A stretch of DNA of 60,802 nt, the filler included. It is 5 parts of 5 records of this genome, joined end to end, with 100 filler letters (N's around TTAATTAATTAA, not from the genome) between each part and the next. Parts side by side here need not be neighbours in the genome. Positions count along the whole stretch, not along the records: positions 1 to 30,956 come from SRR20825006_19; 4 more parts are not named here. One strand, 5' to 3'. Each line of letters begins with the position of its first letter. The first letter of the stretch is position 1. Shown here in pieces: positions 19,235-29,413 of the stretch. The notes beneath the pieces were generated by a model that saw nothing but the letters and a program-made list of their open reading frames with translations, searched no databases and was not told the origin of the DNA. A program made the position numbers and the translations under genes.

Positions 19235-20446
19235 TTAGTCATCATGTCCTGTTTCTCCTTTTTTCATTTCCGCAATCAGCGAGTAGGCATTGTTCCAGGC
19301 GATTCTTGTCCCTACAGGCAGAGGTTCGAGCAATTTCACCTCTATCCAACCATCCGTTTCAATGCCCGTTTTTATTTCAATAGAGGTAAACTCCCATTCT
19401 GTTTCGCCATTTTCTTGTTGTTCTTTGGCAGAGAACATATACGTTTTACCTTCGTCATCAATTATGGCACTCTCCGGTAATGCAAACACTTCCTTGTCTG
19501 TGGTGTAGATGTTACCGTTGATATACATTCCGGGGATTAAAAATCCTTCTTTCTGATCAATTTCTGCATGCACATGAACCGCTTTCGGGTTTTGCTCGAA
19601 CTGTTTCCCCACAGAATATATTTTTCCGGTTAGCCTGCCATCAGGAATAGATTGCACAGTAAATGAAACCTTCTGTCCTTTTTTTACCTGATACACATCT
19701 TTCTCGAAAACCATTAAATCGGCGTGTATGTGTTCGTTGTTAACAATCATAAACAGTTCTGTTTGCGGATCAACATATTGGCCAATTTGAATATTGACCC
19801 CTTCGATATAGCCGTCAATAGGGCTCACAATCGGGGTAGTTTCATAGATATCCCCATTTCTGATGTTTTCAACACCTAAATTCAACTGCTTTAGCTGCGC
19901 TTCGTATCCCTTAACTTCAGCATTCATGGATTTATACTCTGCTTCTGTTTGCTGGAGGGCCATACCCGAGCCTATCTCATTTTCATACAGCTTTTGTTGT
20001 CTTGCATACTCTTTCTCCAAAAACAACACCTGCTGGTAGGCGCGCACGTACTTAGTTTGTATGTTGGTTAAATTAGGATGAGATAAGTATCCCAATACTT
20101 GGTTCTTAGATACCTTGTCACCCTCAATAACCTCAATAGAAGTTATATTGGCACCTAAAATAGCAGTTACCGTAGCTTCATGTTGTGGAGGTACTTCCAG
20201 CTGTCCGTTCGCCCGTATAATGCCCGAAAGATTACGAGTTGGAAGGGTATCAACATTCATTTCAAGACTGTTAAACTTTAGTTGCGATAAATGGGCCGCA
20301 TTTGCTTCTTCATTTTCTTCGCCCTGCATTAATGTTGCATTTTCTGCATTCAGTGATTCTTGTTCTTCTACCTTAGAGGTGTTGCAAGCCGCAAAAAAAG
20401 AAAGCAGAAGAATTAGTACGGTTATATTTATTCGTTGGATATTCAT
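19235..20446 (-). CDS. czcB: RND efflux periplasmic adaptor (CzcB-like lipoprotein)
   Basis: Lipobox 'FAAC', 'IVSPIDGYI', 'LMVFEKD', 'LIPGMYI'; downstream of czcA. Confidence 0.88.
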   Translation of the reverse strand: MNIQRINITVLILLLSFFAACNTSKVEEQESLNAENATLMQGEENEEANAAHLSQLKFNSLEMNVDTLPTRNLSGIIRANGQLEVPPQHEATVTAILGANITSIEVIEGDKVSKNQVLGYLSHPNLTNIQTKYVRAYQQVLFLEKEYARQQKLYENEIGSGMALQQTEAEYKSMNAEVKGYEAQLKQLNLGVENIRNGDIYETTPIVSPIDGYIEGVNIQIGQYVDPQTELFMIVNNEHIHADLMVFEKDVYQVKKGQKVSFTVQSIPDGRLTGKIYSVGKQFEQNPKAVHVHAEIDQKEGFLIPGMYINGNIYTTDKEVFALPESAIIDDEGKTYMFSAKEQQENGETEWEFTSIEIKTGIETDGWIEVKLLEPLPVGTRIAWNNAYSLIAEMKKGETGHDD

Positions 20447-20469
20447 GATATTTGTTTTTAAAAAATTAA

Positions 20470-23400
20470 TTACTTGTTAGAGGTATTCATATAGTATTCC
20501 AATTGGTAACGGCTATTCAGATAATTACTGAAAGCATCCCATGAATCTACTTCTATACTGATGGCATCTCTGATATTTTGAAGAAACATCACGTAGTCAA
20601 TAGCTCCTTCTTTATATGCGGTGAGTGCACCTTTTCGCTGTTCTTCAGCCAATGGCAACGCCTCTTCTTTATAATATTCCCAGGAATTAAGCCACTTTAA
20701 GTAATTTTCCTGCATGCTGTTATAGACGCTGTTTAATTCCCTTTGTGCTTGATCAAGATTTTGCCGGGCAATATCTGTTTGGATTTTAGAGGATTGGGTT
20801 TTTCCAAGATTTGCCCAAAATAGCAATGGAAAACTAACACCTAACTCATATTTATAGAAACCGGATTGATTTGCGATTTCCTGAAATCCATAACTCGCTT
20901 TGAATTTTGGCAGAAACTGACTCTGATCTTTCTTAACCACAGCTTCAGCCACCTCAATTTTTTGCTCCATTATAGTCAAATATGGATGATTATTAAGAGA
21001 AGCTTTATCAAAATTGATTGGGTCATCTAATTCCTCTACTGAAACATTTTTTACCGTATAAAGAGAATCGCCTTCAAACCATTTATTAAGTTTTCGAACT
21101 GCACTTAGATAATCTCTGTAGGCTTGTTCTTTCTGAATCTTAATTTTATTAGCCTGATTGAGCGTTGAAAGATATTCCAGTTTGGATGATGCTTCTGTTT
21201 CCAGACGTAACTCTGCAGCTCTGGCTATATCTTTGAACTGAGCGTTTAGTTTTTCCAATACATCATATTTTTGTTTAGTACTGAAAACATCAGCCCAGTT
21301 TTGCTTTACCATCAATTCTACCTGAACGTAAGTGAGTTCGGCTCTCTGTTCTGCAAGGCGTTCGTTTTCTTTTTGAAGTTTCACACGTGAAGAAATCCCC
21401 AAGAGATTGAACCCTTGAGAAACTCCAAATGTAGTTCTGATTCCATCCGTACCATTACCCACTTCTTCTTTTCCCGTGAACACCTCAGTATCACCGATTT
21501 CCCAAGCGGTTTTCCTTAGTGCTTGTTGACTTTCTATTTCAAGCTGTGCTGCTTTAATAGCTGGGTAATTATCCATTGCTTTTTGGACTGCTTGCTCTAA
21601 TGAAATTCCTTGCAAACTATCTGTTTGAATAGACTGTGCGCTTATAACAGATGGAGCAATAAGATTTCCGGTACCTATTAGAAAAGCTAACATTAACGAA
21701 GCTTTTAGTCCTTTTTTACGAGCTTTTTTCTCTGATCTACGCTCTACGTAGGCATATAAAACAGGTAGTACAATTAGCGTGAGCAAAGTTGCGCTAATCA
21801 ATCCACCTATTACAACGGTAGCCAATGGGCGCTGTACTTCCGCCCCAGCTGAAGCCGAGAATGCCATCGGGGTGAATCCCATTATGGCAGCAATTGCTGT
21901 AAGCAGAATAGGACGTAATCGCTCTTTAGTTCCAATTAAAATTCGTTCTTTCAAATCAGTTACTCCTTCTTCTTTTAATGAATTGAATCGGCTTATGAGT
22001 ACGAGGCCATTGAGTACAGCTACTCCAAAAAGCACGATAAAACCCACGCCTGCAGAAATACTAAACGACATATCTCTGAGTGACAGAAAGAAAATCCCAC
22101 CGATTGCGGCCAATGGAATGGCTAGATAGATCATTACTGATTGAGAAAATGAATTCAGCGCAAAATAGAGAAGAATAAAAATCAGAAACAGTGCAATAGG
22201 CACAACAATTGATAATCTGCCTTTTGCACGTTGCAGATTTTCAAATTCTCCGCCATAGGTTATATAATATCCTACGGGAAGATCCAGTTCAGTATCCAGT
22301 TTTTGCTGAATATCCGTAACTACAGATTCCACATCACGACCGCGTGTATTTATACCAACAGACGTTCGTCGGAACGTGTTATCACGGGAAATTTGCATGG
22401 GTCCGGGTTGATAGCTGATATCTGCAATTTCCTCAATAGGCACCTGTGAACCACTTGGCAGATCAATATATAATGACCGTAAATCTTCAATACTTTGACG
22501 ATTGGCTTCATCAAAACGAACGACTAGATCAAACCGTCTTTCTCCCTCAAATACCACTCCGGCTACACCGCCAGCAAAAGCCGTACTTATATAATCATTG
22601 AGCTTAGAAATAGTAAGACCATATTGGGCTACTTTCTGGCGATTGTATCTAACAGTCATTTGTGGAAGACCCGTCGTTTTTTCGGGGTTTACATCACCAA
22701 CACCCGGTACAGTTTGAATAAGCGTAGACATTTCTTCTGCTTTCTGTGCAAGAATGTCGAGATCGTCACCATACAGTTTAACAGCTACATCTTCTCTGAC
22801 TCCTGTAATTAACTCATTGAATCGCAGTTCCACCGGCTGGCTGAATACCAAATTAACGCCTACAAGTTCTTGGTTCAGCTTCTCTTTAATTTTTGCAATT
22901 AGCTCATCTTTCGAGGATACGGTCGTCCATTTAGTTTTATCTTTTTCTAAAATGATTGCCATGTCCGCAATATCCATGGGCATGGGATCAGTAGGTATAT
23001 CTGCTACACCAATTCGCGATACTACGGTTTTAATCTCCGGAAAATTGTTTAATAGAATATCCTGAGTTTTCGAGGAAACATCGATGGCTTCACTTAATCC
23101 GCTTCCGGGTCTTATTAATGCTTGCATGGCAATATCTCCTTCATCAAGTTGTGGAATAAATTCACCACCCATTCGAGAAAAGGTAAATAATGATCCTAAA
23201 AACAGAATCACAGCTGCACTAATTACAATTAACTTTCTCTTTAATGCTAATTCTAAAAGAGGGTTGTAAACACGTTGAAGCCCTCCAATAAGCTTATTAC
23301 TGACTTTTTCAAGAGACTGTTCAAATCGTGCAAACCATCCATTTTTGTTGGCAGAAGGCTTCATTACTAATGCAGACACCATGGGTACGTAAGTAAGGCA

Positions 23401-24876
23401 AAGAATAATGGCTCCTATTACAGCATAACCAAAAGTAAAGGCCATGGGACGGAACATTTTTCCTTCTACACCTTCAAGAAAGAGAATAGGGGCAAATACA
23501 ATGAGTATAATTAGCTGGCCAAAAAAAGCAGAATTCATCATTGTGCTGCTGGCTTGATAAGCAATCTCATCCATTTGGTTTTTACCAAATTTACTTTTGC
23601 CTCCTTTAATTCTTTTTTCTATCTCATGTACGGTGCCTTCTACAATGATGACAGCCCCATCGACGATAATTCCGAAATCAATGGCTCCAAGACTCATCAA
23701 GTTTGCCCACACTCCGGTTGCTCTCATCAGAATAAATGCAAAAAGTAATGACAGGGGAATGAGTGATGCTGTAACTAACCCACCACGAAGACTTCCTAAA
23801 AGGATCACTAAAACAAAAACTACAATCAATGCACCTTCAATTAAATTTTTGGAAACCGTACTTGTTGTTCGTGCAATAAGATTACTTCTATCCAGAAAGG
23901 GTTCAATTTTCAGTCCTTCAGGCAAAGAAGTTTGCACACTTTCGATTCGTTCTTTTACATTTTGAATGACATCATTAGGGTTTGCTCCTTTAAGCATAAG
24001 GACCATTCCACCCACTGCTTCGTGTCCGTCTTGTGTGAAGGCACCGTATCGGGTTTGTGTACCAAATTGAACTTTTTCGGCTACGTCATTAATAAGAATA
24101 GGGATTCCGTCTTCGCTTTTTATTACAATACTGCCAATATCTTCTAAAGACCGGATAAGCCCCTCTCCGCGAATAAAATTCGCCATTTTATTTTTTTCGA
24201 TGTAAGCACCCCCGGTATTTACATTGTTCATAGCAAGGGCATCATAAACTTCAGAAATTGTTACTCCCATGGCGTTCAATTTGTCAGGATCAATCGCCAC
24301 TTCGTACTGTTTGATACTTCCCCCAAATGAATTTACTTCAACAACGCCTTCAACCAAGGTCATTTGGCGTTTAACGATCCAGTCCTGAATAGTTCTCAAT
24401 TCTGTTGGCGAATATTCATCTTCAAATCCTGGTTGTGGAACAATGGTATATTGATAGATTTCTCCTAATCCGGTTGTGATAGGTCCCATATTTGGTGAGC
24501 CGAATTTTTCAGGGATATCTTCTTTAACTTCATTGAGCTTTTCTTGCACTAATTGCCGTGGCAAATAAGTACCCATATCATCTTCAAATACAATAGTAAC
24601 AACTGAAAGCCCGAATCTTGAAACGGATCGGATTTCTGTTACGCCCGGAAGATTACCCATTGCAAGTTCTACCGGGTAAGTAACGAACTGCTCGATATCT
24701 TCGGTAGCTAAATTTTGTGAAACGGTGATTACCTGCACTTGATTATTGGTGATATCAGGTACGGAACCTAGATTTATGGTGAGCATTGAATAGGTGCCCA
24801 CTCCAATCAGAGTTAATATGAATAAGCCAATGATGAACTTATTCTTTATTGAGAACGAAATAATTTTGTTGATCAT
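20470..24876 (-). CDS. czcA: CusA/CzcA heavy-metal RND pump fused to a C-terminal TolC-like outer-membrane domain
   Basis: 'VPDITNNQVQV', 'SLGAIDFGIIVDGAVIIVE', 'RLRPILLTA', 'GAEVQRPLATVVIGG'; about 400-aa helical OEP-like extension after about aa 1070. Confidence 0.92.
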   Translation of the reverse strand: MINKIISFSIKNKFIIGLFILTLIGVGTYSMLTINLGSVPDITNNQVQVITVSQNLATEDIEQFVTYPVELAMGNLPGVTEIRSVSRFGLSVVTIVFEDDMGTYLPRQLVQEKLNEVKEDIPEKFGSPNMGPITTGLGEIYQYTIVPQPGFEDEYSPTELRTIQDWIVKRQMTLVEGVVEVNSFGGSIKQYEVAIDPDKLNAMGVTISEVYDALAMNNVNTGGAYIEKNKMANFIRGEGLIRSLEDIGSIVIKSEDGIPILINDVAEKVQFGTQTRYGAFTQDGHEAVGGMVLMLKGANPNDVIQNVKERIESVQTSLPEGLKIEPFLDRSNLIARTTSTVSKNLIEGALIVVFVLVILLGSLRGGLVTASLIPLSLLFAFILMRATGVWANLMSLGAIDFGIIVDGAVIIVEGTVHEIEKRIKGGKSKFGKNQMDEIAYQASSTMMNSAFFGQLIILIVFAPILFLEGVEGKMFRPMAFTFGYAVIGAIILCLTYVPMVSALVMKPSANKNGWFARFEQSLEKVSNKLIGGLQRVYNPLLELALKRKLIVISAAVILFLGSLFTFSRMGGEFIPQLDEGDIAMQALIRPGSGLSEAIDVSSKTQDILLNNFPEIKTVVSRIGVADIPTDPMPMDIADMAIILEKDKTKWTTVSSKDELIAKIKEKLNQELVGVNLVFSQPVELRFNELITGVREDVAVKLYGDDLDILAQKAEEMSTLIQTVPGVGDVNPEKTTGLPQMTVRYNRQKVAQYGLTISKLNDYISTAFAGGVAGVVFEGERRFDLVVRFDEANRQSIEDLRSLYIDLPSGSQVPIEEIADISYQPGPMQISRDNTFRRTSVGINTRGRDVESVVTDIQQKLDTELDLPVGYYITYGGEFENLQRAKGRLSIVVPIALFLIFILLYFALNSFSQSVMIYLAIPLAAIGGIFFLSLRDMSFSISAGVGFIVLFGVAVLNGLVLISRFNSLKEEGVTDLKERILIGTKERLRPILLTAIAAIMGFTPMAFSASAGAEVQRPLATVVIGGLISATLLTLIVLPVLYAYVERRSEKKARKKGLKASLMLAFLIGTGNLIAPSVISAQSIQTDSLQGISLEQAVQKAMDNYPAIKAAQLEIESQQALRKTAWEIGDTEVFTGKEEVGNGTDGIRTTFGVSQGFNLLGISSRVKLQKENERLAEQRAELTYVQVELMVKQNWADVFSTKQKYDVLEKLNAQFKDIARAAELRLETEASSKLEYLSTLNQANKIKIQKEQAYRDYLSAVRKLNKWFEGDSLYTVKNVSVEELDDPINFDKASLNNHPYLTIMEQKIEVAEAVVKKDQSQFLPKFKASYGFQEIANQSGFYKYELGVSFPLLFWANLGKTQSSKIQTDIARQNLDQAQRELNSVYNSMQENYLKWLNSWEYYKEEALPLAEEQRKGALTAYKEGAIDYVMFLQNIRDAISIEVDSWDAFSNYLNSRYQLEYYMNTSNK

Positions 24877-25013
24877 AATCGGATAGTACTTCTTTAGTAT
24901 AGACCATTAGCGCCTCATGGATTATCTCCACAAAGACATAGTGATCTTTAATTATTTATTGATAGATGCCATCAGAGTGATGCATCTATTTTTAGAGCAG
25001 TAGGTGAGGTGGG

Positions 25014-25475
25014 CTAATTCAGAAGTACTACTGTCTTAAGAGAGGTAATGGCTTGATAATCAATATCGGCAGGAATGAAAGTGTGCAGCTGCTTAAATGC
25101 TGATTTAGGAAGGAAACCCTCATTACTATTATTCACGAAGGCTAAAAATTCTACTACCGAACTCTGGTCAAACCGGCTTGTGCGGATATCTTTGATACAG
25201 TTTTCTGAAAGTTCAACATCACGGTGACTTTCAGGTACAAAGTGGTATTCAGCTCCTTCATGCTGATGCTGATCGTCGTCTGCATGTATTTTTTTCTCGT
25301 TTGCAAAGCCTAAAGAAAAATCAGACGTCGCTTCAATATTCATTGAGCCATCAGATTCATAACAGTAAACCAGAGATTCTGTTAATCCATGTACACTGAT
25401 AGCATGCCAACAAATAATCAGCAGTAAACCAGCCGAGATAGCTCTTAATATTTTATATGAGAAACTTGGAATCAC
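25014..25475 (-). CDS. His-containing hypothetical protein heading the czc operon
   Basis: N-terminal hydrophobic helix, 'HADDDQHQHE', C-terminal 'LKTVVLLN'; position upstream of czcA. Confidence 0.6.
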   Translation of the reverse strand: MIPSFSYKILRAISAGLLLIICWHAISVHGLTESLVYCYESDGSMNIEATSDFSLGFANEKKIHADDDQHQHEGAEYHFVPESHRDVELSENCIKDIRTSRFDQSSVVEFLAFVNNSNEGFLPKSAFKQLHTFIPADIDYQAITSLKTVVLLN

Positions 25476-25610
25476 AGAGTTGTTAAATTATGAAACCAAT
25501 GATAGAGGAAAACGAAGTATAAACCTTACACTTTCTTGTACAAAAGTTATCGTATTTTGTAGGACAGCATCTTTTTCAAGATTTGTTTCACAATAGTTAC
25601 ACAGAGCTGT

Positions 25611-25980
25611 ATAAAAAAAACCCTAACACATTGTCTTTAAATGTATTAGGGCTTTTAGCAAGCTCCCCAAAAGTTGCAGATTGCGAATTCTATTTACAAT
25701 TAAATGGCCTCTTAGAGCCATAAACGACGGTAGGAATGGAATTCAACTAGGAATTGACTGGGTTAAGTTCAGAGAAATCTACCCTTTTTTGGCTAATGCG
25801 AACTTTTGTAAACCAGCCAAGTCTGTTAACCAAAAGAAGAAGCTTTCCCCTGATGAACAGGCTAAATTGTACCGTAAATTACTAGCTTCAGGGAAGGTAA
25901 AAAACCGTGCTGAGTTGGCTCGAAAATTTGGGGTAAGTCGAGCTTGGGTTACTAAAGTATTAAAATCAAATGCTATGTGA
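25611..25980 (+). repeat. Repeat module copy 2: hairpin + GCTCCCC + HTH-encoding ORF (25681..25980)
   Basis: CCCTAACACATT...AATGTATTAGGG hairpin, GCTCCCC at 25662, shared blocks such as AGAAATCTACCCTTTTTTGGCTAATG and GCTTGGGTTACTAAAGT. Confidence 0.8.
25681..25980 (+). CDS. Small HTH protein or displaced gene C-terminus, paralog of 14642..14974
   Basis: 'QAKLYRKLLASGKVKNRAELARKFGVSRAWVTKVL'; weak TTG start. Confidence 0.55.
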   Translation: MRILFTIKWPLRAINDGRNGIQLGIDWVKFREIYPFLANANFCKPAKSVNQKKKLSPDEQAKLYRKLLASGKVKNRAELARKFGVSRAWVTKVLKSNAM

Positions 25981-26526
25981 ATCAATAATTTTGATAGCGG
26001 CTCTATCCCAAGCTTCTACAGAAGAGTTTGACCTCAGAAATAAATCACCCAAATAAATAAAGAGTGATTGATGTCTCCCTTCTACCTTATTCGTATTTAT
26101 TTTTTTACCGTATTCCCTTAGTATGTATAGCAGACCATTATATGCATGAGTCACATTATCTGGGTATCCATAAATTTTTAAAAAAGAATACTGGGTTGAT
26201 ACCTCATTGACTAATAAATGGAGCTCGTTTGGAGTAATATATTTTATTTCTGTCTCTACAAATTTTTCAATTAAATCCACAATTAGAAGACGGCCTTTAA
26301 CGGAGTCCCTAGCAATCTCTTTAATTAAGAATGCCGCCTGAAAAGACTCTTTATAGTCACTCGAAGCTAAAAATAATAGAGAACATTGGTAGAGAGCTTC
26401 TAGATGTAGTGATGGTTTTAATCCCACATTGTTAGTTAAAAAAATATCAAAATGTTCACGGAGGAAGTCCGAATCTTTACGACTTAAAACACTTGCTAAT
26501 ATTTGGTCGTTAACTAATTTTCTCAT
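25966..26526 (-). CDS. Hypothetical protein (likely start MRKLVNDQ at 26526; extends to TAA at 25960 if UGA=Trp)
   Basis: ATG 10 nt after the stop of the reconstructed XRE gene; the terminal TGA is followed by TTT TAA. Confidence 0.55.
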   Translation of the reverse strand: MRKLVNDQILASVLSRKDSDFLREHFDIFLTNNVGLKPSLHLEALYQCSLLFLASSDYKESFQAAFLIKEIARDSVKGRLLIVDLIEKFVETEIKYITPNELHLLVNEVSTQYSFLKIYGYPDNVTHAYNGLLYILREYGKKINTNKVEGRHQSLFIYLGDLFLRSNSSVEAWDRAAIKIIDSHSI

Positions 26527-26536
26527 TAAGACTGTA

Positions 26537-26992
26537 CTATTTACAAACCATCGCAATAGGATAAAAGAAATTTTCCAATAAAAGAAGCTCTTCGGATGTA
26601 AACTTGATGTTATCACTAAATAGTGATTTAATTTTAGCCTCATTAACCAAATAGGCCCCTTTATCTTCCTCGAACTTTCTTAGTCTCTCCTCATCGACTT
26701 GCAAAGCCACGAAATCAGGACAATACTCAATAATATCACTCGGAAGTAAATCAGAATCTAAAATTCACTTTGGTGCGATATAAAAATTTGAGCACAGTTT
26801 TGAAAGAAGGGAGTACTTCGGGTCATACTTTCTGCCTAGCAAGTATATCTCCGACATATAACTATTAGCAACGCCTATTTTTGAGGCAAAAGCGGACGGC
26901 CTATTCCCCGATAAATAATGGAGAAGTAGTAATTTTTTTTGTAAACAAAGAGATGATCAATGTATGTGGTTTAAATCTAATTTAACTGCCAT
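26537..26992 (-). CDS. XRE-like HTH repressor, 151 aa, with two in-frame TGA (missed by the ORF track)
   Basis: Manual translation: MAVKLDLNHIH*SSLCLQKKLLLLHYLSGNRPSAFASKIGVANSYMSEIYLLGRKYDPKYSLLSKLCSNFYIAPK*ILDSD...VCK-TAG; TGA at 26957-59 and 26765-67; the second matches the XRE 'xxWL/I' position. Confidence 0.7.
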
Positions 26993-27017
26993 ATTATCTG
27001 TTATTTATAGTTACTTA

Positions 27018-27103
27018 ATCTTATTCATTTATGAGGAATAAGTCAAAATTATTTTCGGAAAAATGAAATTAGACTTGACTAATTTCTCCGTATCGAATAG
27101 AAT
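27018..27103. promoter_or_regulatory. Back-to-back sigma70-like promoters with overlapping inverted repeats
   Basis: + strand TTGACT(27075-80)-N17-TAGAAT(27098-103); - strand TTGACT(27046-41)-N17-TAAGAT(27023-18); IRs GAAATTAG-N6-CTAATTTC (27065-86) and CTTATTC-N9-GAATAAG (27020-42). Confidence 0.65.
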
Positions 27104-27138
27104 ATAGATACAAACAATAATTAATTATATTATGCTTT

Positions 27139-29259
27139 ATGAAAACACTTAAACAACACAATCAATGAATCGTTTGGCGCTATGAAACGCGAAAAGGTAA
27201 ACCCACCAAAGTCCCTTATAATTTAAACACGGGCAAAACTGCAAGTGTTAGTGACCCAGCTACCTGATCTACATATTCTAAGGCGCAATCTTGCGGTGAA
27301 TCTGAAGTCTACTCAGGAATAGGTTTTGTATTTACAGACACTGACCCATTCCTCGGTATCGATATAGATGACTGTCGTGATATAGAAACAGGAGCTATAC
27401 TACCTGAAGCTCAGAAAATAGTAGATGATATAAACTCTTATACAGAGATATCTCCATCTGGTACCGGGGTGAAAATTTTTCTAAAAGCCTCCAAATCCCC
27501 AGATGTTAAATCCAAAATACATCTTGATCATGGAATGGCATTAGAAGTTTATGATAAAGGCCGGTACTTTACTGTAACCAGAGATCATTTAAAAGGCACT
27601 CCAAAAGATGTTTTAGATTGCAATAAAGCTTATCTAAGCTTAGAAAAGCAATATTTACTTAAAGCCTCTCCCAAAAAGAAAAATACCAAAACAGCTACCA
27701 TTAAAACCTATAATCCTAAACCCTACTCTTATGTAAGCGATGTTAATGTCATACAACTAATTCGTAAAAGTAGAGATAGCCAACTTTTTAACACTCTCTT
27801 TGATAAGGGCGATATATCAGCGTTTGATGATGATAACTCTAAAGCAGATTTTGCTTTGTGTAGTCTTCTAGCAAAACATTGTCATGGCGACCCCGAGCAG
27901 ATAGAGCGCATCTTTTCTAGCTCAGCATTAGCTCGAGAAAAATGGCTCCAAAGAGACGATTATAGAAAACGAACTATCGATGCAGCACTCATGGAGGTAG
28001 ATACCACTTATCAGACACATGTATTAGAGTCTCAACTCAAGGATATCTGAATTTTAAAAGATAGAATTGTCGAACTAGGAATAAAAGATGGTCATTTTAT
28101 AATGGAGCCACGCTCTAAAGATCGTGTATTTGCATTAACTGACGCAGTAAAAGCCAGAAATAAAGAACAGGTTCTTTTTTTTCTAAACAAACATAAGGTG
28201 TTAGAAGGTTTTAGGTATATCGCTTATCACGGAGATGCTACGGTTGTGGAAGATTATTACGAATATGATGTAAAAACAGGAATTCTTAACATTTATATAT
28301 CTGCAATACCAGAAGAAGTGGATGATAATAAACTGATTGAAGATTATTTAGATAACATGTTTGGCCCTTACAAATTTTTCATCAAGCAGTACTTAGCAGC
28401 CTTTGCATATAACAACTTTCAGCCTCGACTCCCTACCCTTGTTTTGTTTGGTCCGAGAGGAACTTCAAAAAGTACTTTTTCAAAATTAGTTGCCAATATT
28501 TTCCCATCACTTCAGAAACCTTGAGATGGGGTATCGAAGAACTTCACACCTGAAGCTCAATCTAAATTGGCGATTATAGAGGAGAACAGTACACTAAATA
28601 AAGACCAGTACAAATTACTTAAGCAATATAGCGGTACTTCAGAGTTACGTGTAAATATAAAGTTTATTCCCGAGTATAGCGTGAAAAACAACTTGAGTAT
28701 TATACTCATCAGTAACGAGGATATCCCATTATATGTGGAGAGCTCTGAGATGCCTACTGATGAGTGCAACAACCAGTTCTTTATGTATAAATGTACCACC
28801 GTTTCTAAAAGTATAGACGCTAAGTTTGACGATAAACTAAAGGCACGCCTGGGGCATTATGTAAGAACTGAGCTAAAAAATATATACGATACTACTGATT
28901 ATACACAAGGGCGATATGGCATGCCTGTTCCCATTACTCCAGAAGAAAAATTTATTTTCGGAGAAAACAGGACGCGGTTGGAAGAACTTTCGGAGGATTT
29001 CTTAGCTGAAATTGAGAACACACTTTCTACAAAAGACCCATCTCCAACTCTACATATCGATATGCTCCGGAGTAGCTTTGTATCAACCTACTTTGCAAAG
29101 GAAGTGCTAGGGCAGGATGCTCTATCTGTACTAAAACATTTAGCTAAAAAAGGAGTGTTGAGTGAAGCCACGAGAACTAGCTTCAACAACATAGTTTATA
29201 GAGGGCGTTTCTTTAAAAATATGCCTCAACAAATTAAACAAAAACTAACTATTGGCTAA
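27139..29259 (+). CDS. NrS-1-like primase-polymerase fused to an SF3-type helicase, 706 aa, with four in-frame TGA
   Basis: One continuous frame from ATG 27139 to TAA 29259 joins ORF-track pieces 27469, 28102 and 28567. Motifs 'NQ*IVWRY..KPTKVPY..G..AS..DPAT*ST', 'GIGFVF....FLGIDIDDC', 'SYTEISPSGTGV', 'EVYDKGRYFTVT', 'DDNSKADFALC', Walker A 'GPRGTSKST', Walker B 'AIIEE', 'ILISN'. TGA at 27166, 27265, 28048, 28522. Confidence 0.85.
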
Positions 29260-29263
29260 AATA

Positions 29264-29374
29264 TTGACGCTCTTGACACTGTTTATAGAGAAATACTCTA
29301 ATAGTATATTGGAGTTATTACCCTACTCTCCTAATAAATTCAAAAATAAGTGTCAAGAACGTCAGGATTGTCAA
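29264..29374. other. Candidate replication origin (inverted iterons around an AT-rich core)
   Basis: TGACGCTCTTGACACT (29265-80) and AGTGTCAAGAACGTCA (29349-64) are a 15/16 inverted match; TGAC/GTCA units at 9-nt spacing; directly after the primase-helicase. Confidence 0.5.
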
Positions 29375-29413
29375 TACAAAACTATTAATAATAATTAAAT
29401 AAGGATTAAAACA

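Noticed and set aside
20470-24876. CzcA-TolC fusion as a novelty
   Set aside because: This fusion is common in Bacteroidota-related heavy-metal RND systems.
1-25475. Whole host contig using genetic code 4
   Set aside because: Long Trp-rich genes contain no internal TGA, and several genes end in TGA with ATGA/GTGA coupling (3959, 16914, 17946).
26527-26643. N-terminal 39 aa of the called ORF 25966..26643
   Set aside because: It overlaps the reconstructed XRE gene in another frame; ATG 26526 is the more plausible start.
27139-29259. Reading the primase region as an ordinary pseudogene or as three separate genes
   Set aside because: All breaks are in-frame TGA, two at Trp-consensus sites, with no TAA, TAG or frameshift, and both neighbours show the same pattern. 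Disfavoured but not formally excluded.
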